Below are positions 51,286-61,173 of a stretch of DNA of 64,000 nt, piece by piece. How positions within the stretch are numbered: the first letter of the stretch is position 1; each line of letters opens with the position of its first letter. Where the stretch lies: the IMG/VR virus record IMGVR_UViG_3300037258_000514, positions 96,001 to 160,000 of that record. One strand, given 5' to 3'. The DNA comes from a virus. The notes under the pieces are model-generated. The model was not told the DNA's origin. It searched no databases and saw only the letters and a program-made list of their open reading frames with translations. Made by a program: the position numbers and the translations under genes.

Positions 51286-51669
51286 ATGACTACGTGGTAT
51301 CAACGATATGAGCGGGATAAGAGGGCTGGTTATATCTATATTGTTGGTTCAACTACAGAACACAAGTTTAAGTTTGGAATGACGATGCAAAGTACGCCTG
51401 AGGAAAGGATGCGTACAGTTGCTCTATCAGTTAACTTTTTCTGTAACGTACGTATTGCGTGGTCTACAGATGATTGTTATGCTGAAGAACGATCTTGGCA
51501 TACAACACTAACGTCCAGAGCGTTAGGTGGAGAGTGGTTCGCCTTAGACGAAGAGGATTTATCTATACTGTTGAATGTAATAATAACATTTCCTAACTGC
51601 TATAGCTATCTTGCTGACGATTATAACAGGAAACCTATGCCGGAAAGAATACTTCTTCTATCTACATAA
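51286..51669 (+). CDS. GIY-YIG (T5orf172/MUG113-like) protein
   Basis: GYIYIV...KFGMT...ER...E..WH...GEWF. Confidence 0.75.
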   Translation: MTTWYQRYERDKRAGYIYIVGSTTEHKFKFGMTMQSTPEERMRTVALSVNFFCNVRIAWSTDDCYAEERSWHTTLTSRALGGEWFALDEEDLSILLNVIITFPNCYSYLADDYNRKPMPERILLLST

Positions 51670-52017
51670 CAACAACTTTTCTACACCACGTGTACGGGAA
51701 AGTATACAGCAGTAAGAAGTGGACCTTATAACAACCTTTCGATAACTATTCTTCTGCTACTGAGAGGCGGACCTTATAACAACTATTCTTCATCATTTCT
51801 GCGACCACTACTGTTCTACAACTATTCTGCAGCAGCAGAGGGGTGCAGACCGTAAGCAAGCATAGCAGCAGGTAATCATGCGGGAATAACGGGAGAATAA
51901 CGCGCATAAGAAAACCCGCCTGTACCAGCGCGGGTTTATCGGTCGGATGTGATGCGCGTTATGCGCGTAATCGGAGTGAGAGAACCGCGAGCACAATTCC
52001 TGTGATTATCAGCGCGG

Positions 52018-52269
52018 TCATGCCAACATGCTTTCTAACGTTTCGCGCTCACGCTGGAGTACGGTTTTCGCATCTTGCAGGTCACGTTGCGCTTTCGCAA
52101 CGCGATTCGCCTGTGCAAGCATGGTAGGCGTTACTGCCCCTGTTATTTGCGCCATGTGCGTTAGTAGGTTTGCACGGTAGTTCAGTGATTTTCCCGCACC
52201 TACTCCCGCCTGTATCTCACGGTAGCGGTCATTGTCTGAGATTAACGCGGTTTTCTCATTACCGTTCAT
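52018..52269 (-). CDS. hypothetical early protein
   Basis: GAGG RBS; coiled-coil end. Confidence 0.55.
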   Translation of the reverse strand: MNGNEKTALISDNDRYREIQAGVGAGKSLNYRANLLTHMAQITGAVTPTMLAQANRVAKAQRDLQDAKTVLQRERETLESMLA

Positions 52270-52772
52270 TTGTCTTTTCCTCGTTTTCGTTTGAATTGGC
52301 TTACTCTACCGTTATGGACACGTTACTAACCCGTATCCCATAACGCGGGAGTAACCCCACGTAGCGTCTAATACCTGTTTTTTAACAGCCAACGTTCTAC
52401 AATTTCGCGCAATTGCGTTTGTTCATTCTCTGTGAGTTCTCCCCTTACTGCCACTAACGTGAAAGTATGTGCTTCGTTGTTCGCGTGAAAAGCCTGCACG
52501 GTACTCTTGAGTACCTGCACATCGTTACCCGTTGCATTTATTAACATGGTAGTTATTCTCCCGTTACGTACAGGTAACCCCTGTCCATAACGCGGGAATA
52601 ACCCCGCGCCTTACGTTAACCCTTGCGCCTGAGTGTCTCAAGAGAACGCTGTTGCTCGCGCCATGCGGTCATGTAACGCGTTAACTCAGCTTGCCGTTTG
52701 TCATTCATTGTCGTCATCTTGTCTGCGCCTGAGCGCGGTCTATTACTACCGTTAAAGAGAAAAACCCCCGCG

Positions 52773-53189
52773 TTACTTTTTCGCGGGAATTGTCGCGGGA
52801 GCCGTTACACCGGGCGCATTGCCTACCGTAACGGCAACGGGTAACGCGGGAGTGGTGGCTAGTAACGCGCTGCGATACCCGTTTTGGCGGGCAAGGTGCT
52901 TGTCAGCGATTACGGCTGCATCAAACGCGGGATTGGCGTAACTACGGATAGAGGGTAGGTCGATTCCCCCATTGCGACCAATGGCAATAACGGGCCAATT
53001 GTCGATTTTCGCAACAGACTTGTCGGGCATCGTTCCACCCGTTACGCTGACCAGCACCTTACCCGTTGTTGCGTCATCCTTCAACTCGAACGTGGGAGAA
53101 AACCCGCGTACCGTAAGAATTGCTTGCGCGAGTGCGAGAACCGTTGCCTGTTGCTTCATGTTTCCGTTAGCTGACATTTGAGTAACCAT
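52773..53189 (-). CDS. first gene of the minus-strand arm, paralog of 47774..48283
   Basis: Shared core motif; Ala/Pro/Thr-rich tail. Confidence 0.75.
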   Translation of the reverse strand: MVTQMSANGNMKQQATVLALAQAILTVRGFSPTFELKDDATTGKVLVSVTGGTMPDKSVAKIDNWPVIAIGRNGGIDLPSIRSYANPAFDAAVIADKHLARQNGYRSALLATTPALPVAVTVGNAPGVTAPATIPAKK

Positions 53190-53228
53190 CCTTTTTGAAT
53201 TTCACGTTAACCTTAACGTGATAATGGG

Positions 53229-53256
53229 AGAATAACGCTAAAGGGGGAAATTGCAA
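53229..53256 (-). promoter_or_regulatory. sigma70-like promoter at the head of the leftward arm
   Basis: TTGCAA-16-TATTCT with AT-rich UP region. Confidence 0.45.
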
Positions 53257-53629
53257 TGCACTTTTACAAAACTTTACAATTCCCGTAATGGGATAATACC
53301 CTATAGAATTACTCAACATGCGTAAACCCTTTGTAATGAATGACATACAATCAAAAGTTTCTTCGCTTGCACCCGGGCTACGGAGGTTGAATATAACATA
53401 CTTCTGCAACCATTTAACTTACCAGTACCTCTAACACATACTACCACTTCACACCAGTCTTCCTACTTATACCTACAACATTCATCATAACAGTACATCT
53501 TACATCTAACATCTAACCACTACGTCTTAGCTCTTCTCCCCCACTATAGTATGCCTTCTCAGATTTTGTAGTATTATTACATTGACGTATTTTTGCTTAC
53601 CTGTTCTTTACTACGGTATAATTACATAT

Positions 53630-53819
53630 ATGCCAACACTAACACTAACAAGAACCTGTCCTTGGGTGCTATGAGATTTATAATCTAACACACAAAACAG
53701 AACAAGCTCATCTTAAAATTTGTTCGGTATATCAATCACTTCCTATTGCCTTAATTAAAGATGGCAAGACTTACGTAGCGCTCCCATCTAATCCAGAGAT
53801 CCTAGTTGAACGGATATAA
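53630..53819 (+). pseudogene. small CxxC protein with +1 frameshift (or sequencing error)
   Basis: Removing one G from TGGGTGC gives ...TCPWCYEIY...AHLKIC; TTGCTT-18-TATAAT promoter upstream. Confidence 0.45.
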
Positions 53820-55358
53820 ATGAACAGAGGCGTATTTGACGAACTAAACTGGCCTAACTGTACTGTACCGAATTGCTCTAACAAAGCCTGCATTGGCTTA
53901 TCGGATACGCTTTGCTTTCCTCACCACTTTAAGTTAAAGATAAAAACATTGCAAAATGGCGAGCACGCACCTGTATTTCCAGATAAAGCTACAAAGAAAA
54001 ATATTACAAACTATTACATGAGGCACTTGAGGAGTTGAATAAACTATGACTTTCGACAGAAGGGAATTTGCCAAACTCTTAGCTACATGTGCACTTAATA
54101 AATCTCGAGTGCAAACTTTATGCTATAGATAGAGAGAAGAAATGACTACTGCAATTGTGGATAACATCGAATTGTTCTTTCGCGGTATGGATGGCTGGGC
54201 ACCTTGCCCTAGATGTAAAGATACATCTCCGAAACTTATTTCTACAACAAACGAATACGATCACTACTGCGCCAAGTGCGATATAAGATATACTAGTAAA
54301 GGCGAGATATACACAGGATGAAAACTATTGCTGATTTTAAATATTGCCCTTTCTGTGGACAGCGACTAGAAGAAGATCAGAAGTTCAAGCTTGATGAAAC
54401 TCTTGAAGATGTGTTTCATGCTTGTGTCGGAGGATTGTATGTTTATCCTAATTACCGCTGGTCCGACGTACTAGTGTAACAGGATACGTTCCTCTTCTGA
54501 TGTGCATATTCTTTACTGCTAGTACACGAATAAGCAAATCCGTATTTACTAGTACAGACATAGGAAAATTATCTACACCAGGATTGTAACCGCATAATGT
54601 GTGAGCTACTGTTTTTCTTGCGTCTTCTACGTCCTCTTCTGACGGTTCCATTTGTACAATTCCTCATATAAAAATTTTGCTGCCTCTTTACTTACAAACG
54701 TACAGCCAACTTGTATTCCCTCTTCTGTTACTTTAACCTTCAAAGGCTTCTTCTGTCCTGAATGATAAATATAGCCGTTGGCAGCTGTTAATCTGATCTT
54801 ATTACGCCAAAAAAGAAATCTATTTCTTTCCATAATTCACTATACCAAAATCCACGTGGGAGCAGATTTTTAGTATTACATCATTGCTACAAATATACTT
54901 ACCAGTTCTATAGTCCTTACAATTGGTATAATTAGATATGAGTTCTATACCAGAAGCTTATATTTCAGGGGAACCTTACAGAGGGTTTTTGCCTAAGTTT
55001 TTTGCGTTTATTTGTCCTCACTGCAACTTCTGGAAGGCTTATCCTGCTTGTTTGGGTACTATTCGAGGGATCAAGTGTGCTGGAGGTGCCGGTGTGTTAC
55101 AACCTGTATGTGGCAAATTTACAAGTGAAGAAACAATCATTACTGCAAAGTTCTTACGAATGGTAGAAGAGTGATTCCCAAGAATCCTTTCCCCGACCCC
55201 CATGACGGCTACTTACGGAAGCTGTGCGAGAAGCACTCTACGCGAGTATCAAAGGAAAGTCAGTTAGTTCCTAGGGACCAATTCATGTCCGCTCTTCTCG
55301 AAGCGGTCCAGGCAATGAGAGAGAAAGCAGCGCAGACAATTTTGTCGTTCACTGAGGA

Positions 55359-55610
55359 TTGGCGTCCATGCGAATGCGGCTGGAGCGAAGGCAAGAAATA
55401 AAAATAAATCAGGAATTTGTGCGCCAACTTCTTCTGTACATGGATATTAATAACATTTCCAAGAGTGAGTTAGCTAAGCAACTAAACATTTCTAGATCAC
55501 GAGTTTCACAAGTTCTTAATTATCAAAATAATCTTACACTTAGAAGCATGATAAAGTTTTCTAGTGCCTTCGATCTAAAAATAGAAGTTGTAATTAGCAA
55601 TAATAAATAA
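55359..55610 (+). CDS. XRE-family HTH regulator
   Basis: ISKSELAKQLNISRSRVSQVLN...NLTLRSM. Confidence 0.8.
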   Translation: MASMRMRLERRQEIKINQEFVRQLLLYMDINNISKSELAKQLNISRSRVSQVLNYQNNLTLRSMIKFSSAFDLKIEVVISNNK

Positions 55611-55671
55611 ATTTTTCTCTTTTCGCGTTTTTTCACGAAAATACCCTTTAACTTATGGTATATAGTTTTAT

Positions 55672-56481
55672 ATGAGTGAATCTCAATATCATTCCTCAGG
55701 TTGTATTTGTGCTCCTTGTTGTCAACGTCGCGAAGACTTTGGTTCAAACGGAGATGCAACTACTCCAGGATTTTTTATCCCTACTACGATAACTTCCCCT
55801 GAAGCTGAAATGGGTCGTCCGTGTATATTACTAAATAGAGAAAATTATGCTACTGCAGAAGAAGTGTTGCAATTAAATCCCTCCTCAGAATCAGAACCTT
55901 TACCATGCGCTTCTGAGTTAGTTAGCGTTGAAGAAGAAAGAAGAATAGTTTGCACTAGTTGTAATAGAAGAGTTGCTCGTAAAGGAAGCACATTTTGTAG
56001 TAGATGCACTCAGAAAGGAACCTTTAATAAACTTCGCGATATACTCCCAGGCATTGAAATTCCAAGAGAAGAACAACACGAAGTTATTCATCATCGTCCT
56101 GTTGAAAATACTGTTACGGTCACAGAACTTAATGGTAAACTAATATATACAAGAAAACAAGTTGCAGAGATGTTAGGCACGAGTCAGACATCTATATGTA
56201 GATGGGAGAAAAAAGGAGTTGTTCGTCCACCTGTCCGTCATGTTGCGAGTGGACAACTGATCTATACAGAAGAGCATGTGCAAGAGCTTAGAGAATATAG
56301 GAATAAGGTGGAGATTGTTTATCATGCTCCTGTAGATCCAACAAAACCTGAATCTCAACAGAAAGAAGCAGCAAAGTCAATTGGCAGAAAGTCGTTCAGT
56401 ATTGGAAGAGGATTAGAGCGGGCAGTTGCTTCTAGGTTAGGACGCTTATCTTTAATCCCTGGTGGCAATCTCTTAAAATAA
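55672..56481 (+). CDS. Zn-finger + MerR-like HTH DNA-binding protein
   Basis: CxxC..CxxC; YTRKQVAEMLGTSQTSICRWEKKG...YTEEHV. Confidence 0.75.
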   Translation: MSESQYHSSGCICAPCCQRREDFGSNGDATTPGFFIPTTITSPEAEMGRPCILLNRENYATAEEVLQLNPSSESEPLPCASELVSVEEERRIVCTSCNRRVARKGSTFCSRCTQKGTFNKLRDILPGIEIPREEQHEVIHHRPVENTVTVTELNGKLIYTRKQVAEMLGTSQTSICRWEKKGVVRPPVRHVASGQLIYTEEHVQELREYRNKVEIVYHAPVDPTKPESQQKEAAKSIGRKSFSIGRGLERAVASRLGRLSLIPGGNLLK

Positions 56482-56521
56482 CGGTTAGCTAAGTAGTTTG
56501 GTATATGCACCTTTATGAAAA

Positions 56522-57295
56522 ATGGCTGACTTAGATATTTGTTCGCACGATGCTCCGGGACAAGAACAGAATGCGCTGTGTATTCGCTGCGGCAAGATTT
56601 TAGGTAAACTTCCTCAAACTCCAATATCAACGGAATTTGACTGGCGCGATATTCCAGTTTATATTCTCAATAGAAATAATCTGGATAGAGGATTTCGTGA
56701 TCTTGTTTCTTGGTTAAGTGCAACAGGAACACGTTACATAGAAGTATTGGATAATGATTCTTCTTACCCTCCCCTCCTTCAATATTACAACGTCTGTCCT
56801 GCAACAAAAATAACGATGCTAAAGGAAAACTTAGGTCCGTATGTGTTTTGGAGTAGTCAACGTCACCTACAAACAGAGACTCCTTACGTCATAACTGATC
56901 CTGATGTTGTTCCTGATAAAGAGTGTCCTCACGATCTAATTAAAAAGATGTTAGATGTTTTTATGCGTTACAGTCCTACATGTTTAAAAGTGGGTCCAGG
57001 ATTAAGGATAGATAATTTACCAAATAACTATAGCAGAAAGAATGAAGTCATCGCGCATGAAAAACAATTCTATGCCGAATTAATGCCTGAAAAAGATGTT
57101 TATAAGGCAGCAATAGATACAACATTTGCGATGTACTGGACAAGGCAGGATAACTCTGCATGGTATAATCATTACAGGTTAGCTCCTCCTTACGTAGTAG
57201 AACATCGTCCGTGGTACATAAATAGTGCTCAAAGAACAGATGAGGATGAGTTCTACGCTGCACGCTGCGAAGCTTGGTCTTATTGGAGAAGATAG
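56522..57295 (+). CDS. GT-A fold (family 2-like) glycosyltransferase
   Basis: IPVYILN, LDNDSSYPPL, YVITDPD, AxIDTTFA. Confidence 0.75.
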   Translation: MADLDICSHDAPGQEQNALCIRCGKILGKLPQTPISTEFDWRDIPVYILNRNNLDRGFRDLVSWLSATGTRYIEVLDNDSSYPPLLQYYNVCPATKITMLKENLGPYVFWSSQRHLQTETPYVITDPDVVPDKECPHDLIKKMLDVFMRYSPTCLKVGPGLRIDNLPNNYSRKNEVIAHEKQFYAELMPEKDVYKAAIDTTFAMYWTRQDNSAWYNHYRLAPPYVVEHRPWYINSAQRTDEDEFYAARCEAWSYWRR

Positions 57296-57963
57296 TGATC
57301 TCAATCATATTCCCCACACGCAATCGCCCCGATAATGTTAGAAGAATGGTTAAGTCTGCTGTTGGGACAGCATCTGTAACAAGAAATTTAGAATTTATCA
57401 TCTATGCAGACAGCGATGATCCTCAATCTGTGGAAGTAGCTAGAGAATTAGGAATTAAAGTAGTTAGTGGTCCAAGAAAAATACTTTCTGATTGCTATAA
57501 CGATTGTCTCATCTTAGCTGACGGTGAAATCTTTATGTTTGCTGGTGACGATCTTATTTTTCGCACATCCGGATGGGATAACATGGTTATTCGTGAATTC
57601 AATAAATACTTAGACGGTATTCTTTTTGTTCATGGTGATGATGGATATTGGGGAGGACAGTTAGGGACTCACGGATTTGTTAGTAAGCATTGGATCAAAG
57701 CTGTAGGTTACTTAACTCCGCCATACTTTTCCTGCGATATGACCGATATGTGGATAACAACTGTTGCCGATCAGTTGCGAAGACGTAGTTACTTACCATT
57801 CTTAATTGAACATATGCATCCTGCTTTTGGTAAGGCTGAGTTGGATACTACACACGAAGAACGTATCGCCCGCGGTGAGCGCGATAATGTACAACGTCTT
57901 TACAAAGAACTCACACCACAACGCCAACAGGATGTAGAAAAGTTAAGAAGATTTATGCACTAA
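57295..57963 (+). CDS. family 2 glycosyltransferase
   Basis: ISIIFPTRNRP, ADSDD, AGDD, D.W, IEHMHP; GTG start overlapping the upstream stop. Confidence 0.8.
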   Translation: MISIIFPTRNRPDNVRRMVKSAVGTASVTRNLEFIIYADSDDPQSVEVARELGIKVVSGPRKILSDCYNDCLILADGEIFMFAGDDLIFRTSGWDNMVIREFNKYLDGILFVHGDDGYWGGQLGTHGFVSKHWIKAVGYLTPPYFSCDMTDMWITTVADQLRRRSYLPFLIEHMHPAFGKAELDTTHEERIARGERDNVQRLYKELTPQRQQDVEKLRRFMH

Positions 57964-57996
57964 CCAAAAATAGTTCGTCTTTCCTATAAAAACTAC

Positions 57997-58025
57997 TTGA
58001 CTTTGTTTTAACCATATATTATAAC
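57997..58025 (+). promoter_or_regulatory. sigma70-like promoter upstream of the terminase genes
   Basis: TTGACT-17-TATAAC. Confidence 0.55.
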
Positions 58026-58070
58026 TTGCCCAAAGGGAAGAATGAATAAGTTATCATTCTTTTAGGTACG

Positions 58071-58754
58071 ATGGGCGCGCTACCTCAAATTACTCAACAA
58101 TTACCTCTGCGCCAATTAGAAACTCCTCAAACTTCTTCAGTTCAATCCACGGAAGAATTACCAAATCTCACGCGCAAGCAAAAGAAGTATATCGAAAAAA
58201 GAGTTGAAGGTTTATCCCCTTCAAAAGCAGCGGTAGCTGCGGGTTATTCACCATCAGTAGCAAATGTTGCTTGGACATCGATTGAGAGTAATTCATTAGT
58301 TAAGAAAGAAATTAATCGAAGAGTATCAGAAGTTTTTAGAGGGATGGAACTTGAAACAAGTAATATCATAGATGGAATTAGACACTGCGCTGAGTGGAAC
58401 ATTCTAGATTACGTCGAACGAGACCCCGAAAATCCTAATAAAGTTTATTTCGATCTTAGGAATGTCTCGCGTGCGCAAGCTGAGGCTATTCAAAGTGTTG
58501 GTTATGATTCTGAAGGAAGATTAAAGGTAACGCTTACAGATAAGAAAGCTTATAAAGAGCTGTTATTTAAAGCAAAGAGAATCGGTGAATCAGATTCAAA
58601 ACACCCAATGGGTGTGGATGGAGCTCCACTTACTATTTCAGCACTCGACGCCATTGTATCGCAGTATAGAAGCGTAACAATTCATAATACAACGATTAAC
58701 GTAACAGGTAAAGAAAAAGAAGTAGAAGTACCCTTCACAATTGACGCTCAGTAA
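58071..58754 (+). CDS. terS: terminase small subunit
   Basis: LTRKQKKY...AAVAAGYS HTH; NILDY...DKKAYKELL; upstream of TerL. Confidence 0.8.
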   Translation: MGALPQITQQLPLRQLETPQTSSVQSTEELPNLTRKQKKYIEKRVEGLSPSKAAVAAGYSPSVANVAWTSIESNSLVKKEINRRVSEVFRGMELETSNIIDGIRHCAEWNILDYVERDPENPNKVYFDLRNVSRAQAEAIQSVGYDSEGRLKVTLTDKKAYKELLFKAKRIGESDSKHPMGVDGAPLTISALDAIVSQYRSVTIHNTTINVTGKEKEVEVPFTIDAQ

Positions 58755-58771
58755 ATTTAGTTGGCCGGTGG

Positions 58772-59266
58772 TTGCCCGGCAACCAAAGCACATTTTGTCG
58801 AAAGACAGATATAGAGCTACATCTTCTTACAATGCTAACAATAATTAATCAAACGCGCCAAGAAAGCGCTTCAAGAGAAATTGTACCAGCATACTATCAG
58901 AATCAGGACGATACAACTAAACCCTGTCAACTGTTAACGCGCGCTGATGCTCGAATAGCTAAGAAAATGAACAAAGGGCGTTTTATTTGCAATGGAAAGA
59001 AATTTCGTTTTCATGATCAAGCCCCCGTTGCGTTAGTAGAAGTTTTACAAAAACCTTCGATTAATTCTTGCTGCGGTATTTCTAAACGGGAAATGCTTGC
59101 GAATAACGAAATACCTGTAGCATTGAATATATCGCCCTTAGAGATAATGAAAGCAAAAGAAAAAGTTAAAGCTTATCCATTTGTCCATGATACACGAGCA
59201 GTTTTAGCTTTCGGATCTTGGAGAAGTTTTACTCCGCAAAATACTAGAATACAATTAATTAAGTAA
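58772..59266 (+). CDS. hypothetical protein between terS and terL
   Basis: ORF track; start uncertain. Confidence 0.45.
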   Translation: MPGNQSTFCRKTDIELHLLTMLTIINQTRQESASREIVPAYYQNQDDTTKPCQLLTRADARIAKKMNKGRFICNGKKFRFHDQAPVALVEVLQKPSINSCCGISKREMLANNEIPVALNISPLEIMKAKEKVKAYPFVHDTRAVLAFGSWRSFTPQNTRIQLIK

Positions 59267-61038
59267 TGTCTAACGATCTTCTTGCATATAGTAATACAGC
59301 TATTCAATCAGCAATCCTAAATTCTAGCATCCCTCATGTAAATGTTGCACAAGCACTTGATGAGCCGGATTTGTTTGCTGAATACTTTTTACAAACGGAT
59401 CTATGGGATATTCAAAGAAAGATCCTTCAAGCCTTAAAGAAAAGTAGAAGAGTAGCAGTAAAGGCATGTCACGCTAGTTCAAAAACATATACTGCTGCAA
59501 GGGCTTTACTTTGGTTTTTAGCATCATTTGAGAAATCAACTGTAGTTACAACAGCACCGACCTGGATTCAGGTTGAGAAATTGTTATGGGGTGAGGTTCA
59601 TTCGGCTTTAACTAAGAGCCGATATCCATTTCCAAAACCTCTTAAGACTGAGTTAAGTTTTGCACCTGAATTTCCTAAACGTGAAGCTTATGGTCTTTCC
59701 ACATCCGTTACAAACCAGGATGAAGGCGTAAAGTTTCAAGGTATTCACAACGATCACGTTTTAATTATTCTAGACGAAGCTCCTGGTGTTGAGCCGAAGA
59801 TTTGGCAGGCTGTCGATGCTGCCATGTCAGCAGGTAATGCAAAGGTTTTAGCAATTGGTAATCCGACGTGGTCTTCAGGACCCTTTCATGATGCTTTCAC
59901 AAAAGCCCGGTTTGCTTGGAATTGTTTTACAATTAATGCTTTTGATACACCTAATTTTGTAGATATTCCGCACACGGCTCCTTTTCCGGTTAAAGATAAC
60001 TTAGTAGATAAAGATGGTAAAGTAATTGAAGGTTCCAGACTTGATAATTTACTAAAGATCGGAAAAGAAAACGATGCTTTCTTGGATGCTGACGAATTTG
60101 TTCGCCCTTACTTAACCAGAAGGAGATGGGTTTACGAACTGTATTATACATGCGGTCCCGGACATCCATATTGGGAAGCTCGTGTACTCGGAGAATTTCC
60201 AAAGCAAGATGAATTTGCTCTTATTAGTTTAGATTGGCTTGAAAAAGCCAAAGTACGTGAATTAAACGGTACAGGTAAGGTTAGTGCTGGGATAGACGTA
60301 GCCGGCGGTGGATCTGCAGAAACAGTTTTATGTGTTCGTAGAGGTCCACAGATAATCGAACTTAAATTTTGGCCTATAAGCGATCCTCGCGGCGAGATTG
60401 TCGCTGTTCTTAACAAGTATAGAGGAGAACTTCAATCAGTAAATGTTGACTCTATAGGTGTTGGATATTATCTTTACAAACATCTAGAAGAGATAGGTTT
60501 TCCAGCGAATCCAATTATTGCTCAAGCTACAAGCTCCGACTCAGAAAAATATCGCACATTAAAAGATGAATTCTACTGGGGATTAAGACTACGCCTTGAG
60601 CAAGGTGATTTTAGTGGATTGGATGATGAGACCACAATCGGACAACTGGCTGGAATTAGATATAAACATAATTCCAGAGGACAGGTAGAAATAGAATCAA
60701 AGGATGAAGCAAAGAAACGAGGAGTTCCGTCACCGGATAGAGCTGAAGCAGTAATGCTTGCTTTCGGAACTCATCAAGTTTGCTACGGAGTACTTGACGC
60801 TCAACGACAAGAGAAGATGCAAATGGAAAAAGTACAATCATCGGTAATGATTAAACCAACAACATCAGACAGTCAACTCAGCTGTCCTGAATGCCAAGCT
60901 ATTTGTATAGCTCCTTGTCAAGGAGGATGGCGGTGTGGACAGTGCGGACATCAATGGAATTCAAAGCCTAATGTTATCTCTCCTCAAACGAGAGGAGACT
61001 ACTTGGCAAAAGCTGAAGTAGCAAAATCAAGGTTATGA
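59266..61038 (+). CDS. terL: terminase large subunit with C-terminal Zn ribbon
   Basis: VAVKACHASSKT (variant Walker A), ILDEA, IGNP, VLGEF, GIDVA, SPDRAEA; CPEC...CGQC tail. Confidence 0.9.
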   Translation: MSNDLLAYSNTAIQSAILNSSIPHVNVAQALDEPDLFAEYFLQTDLWDIQRKILQALKKSRRVAVKACHASSKTYTAARALLWFLASFEKSTVVTTAPTWIQVEKLLWGEVHSALTKSRYPFPKPLKTELSFAPEFPKREAYGLSTSVTNQDEGVKFQGIHNDHVLIILDEAPGVEPKIWQAVDAAMSAGNAKVLAIGNPTWSSGPFHDAFTKARFAWNCFTINAFDTPNFVDIPHTAPFPVKDNLVDKDGKVIEGSRLDNLLKIGKENDAFLDADEFVRPYLTRRRWVYELYYTCGPGHPYWEARVLGEFPKQDEFALISLDWLEKAKVRELNGTGKVSAGIDVAGGGSAETVLCVRRGPQIIELKFWPISDPRGEIVAVLNKYRGELQSVNVDSIGVGYYLYKHLEEIGFPANPIIAQATSSDSEKYRTLKDEFYWGLRLRLEQGDFSGLDDETTIGQLAGIRYKHNSRGQVEIESKDEAKKRGVPSPDRAEAVMLAFGTHQVCYGVLDAQRQEKMQMEKVQSSVMIKPTTSDSQLSCPECQAICIAPCQGGWRCGQCGHQWNSKPNVISPQTRGDYLAKAEVAKSRL

Positions 61039-61173
61039 ATATCCTAACTGAACGTTCTCCAATCAGACCTTTAGAACCGCCATATTGTTATGCGCATTCT
61101 CAGAAAGCACCTTGTATGGAATGTTTGCGTATAGAAATTGCTCTCCTCGTAAATCAGTCAAACAAAAATAACG

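Larger units (their letters stand above)
50338..51832. repeat. dispersed direct repeats (TTCTACAACTATTCTGC x3; GGACCTTA-NN-ACAAC x3)
   Basis: Copies at 50338-50363, 50885-50933, 51715-51790, 51811-51832. Confidence 0.75.

Noticed and set aside
52018-52269. AGVGAGKS as a Walker A motif
   Set aside because: The protein is 83 aa with no Walker B or room for a P-loop fold
53630-53681. Second selenoprotein at CPWVL-TGA
   Set aside because: An in-frame TAA follows two codons later and there is no hairpin; a +1 frameshift explains it better
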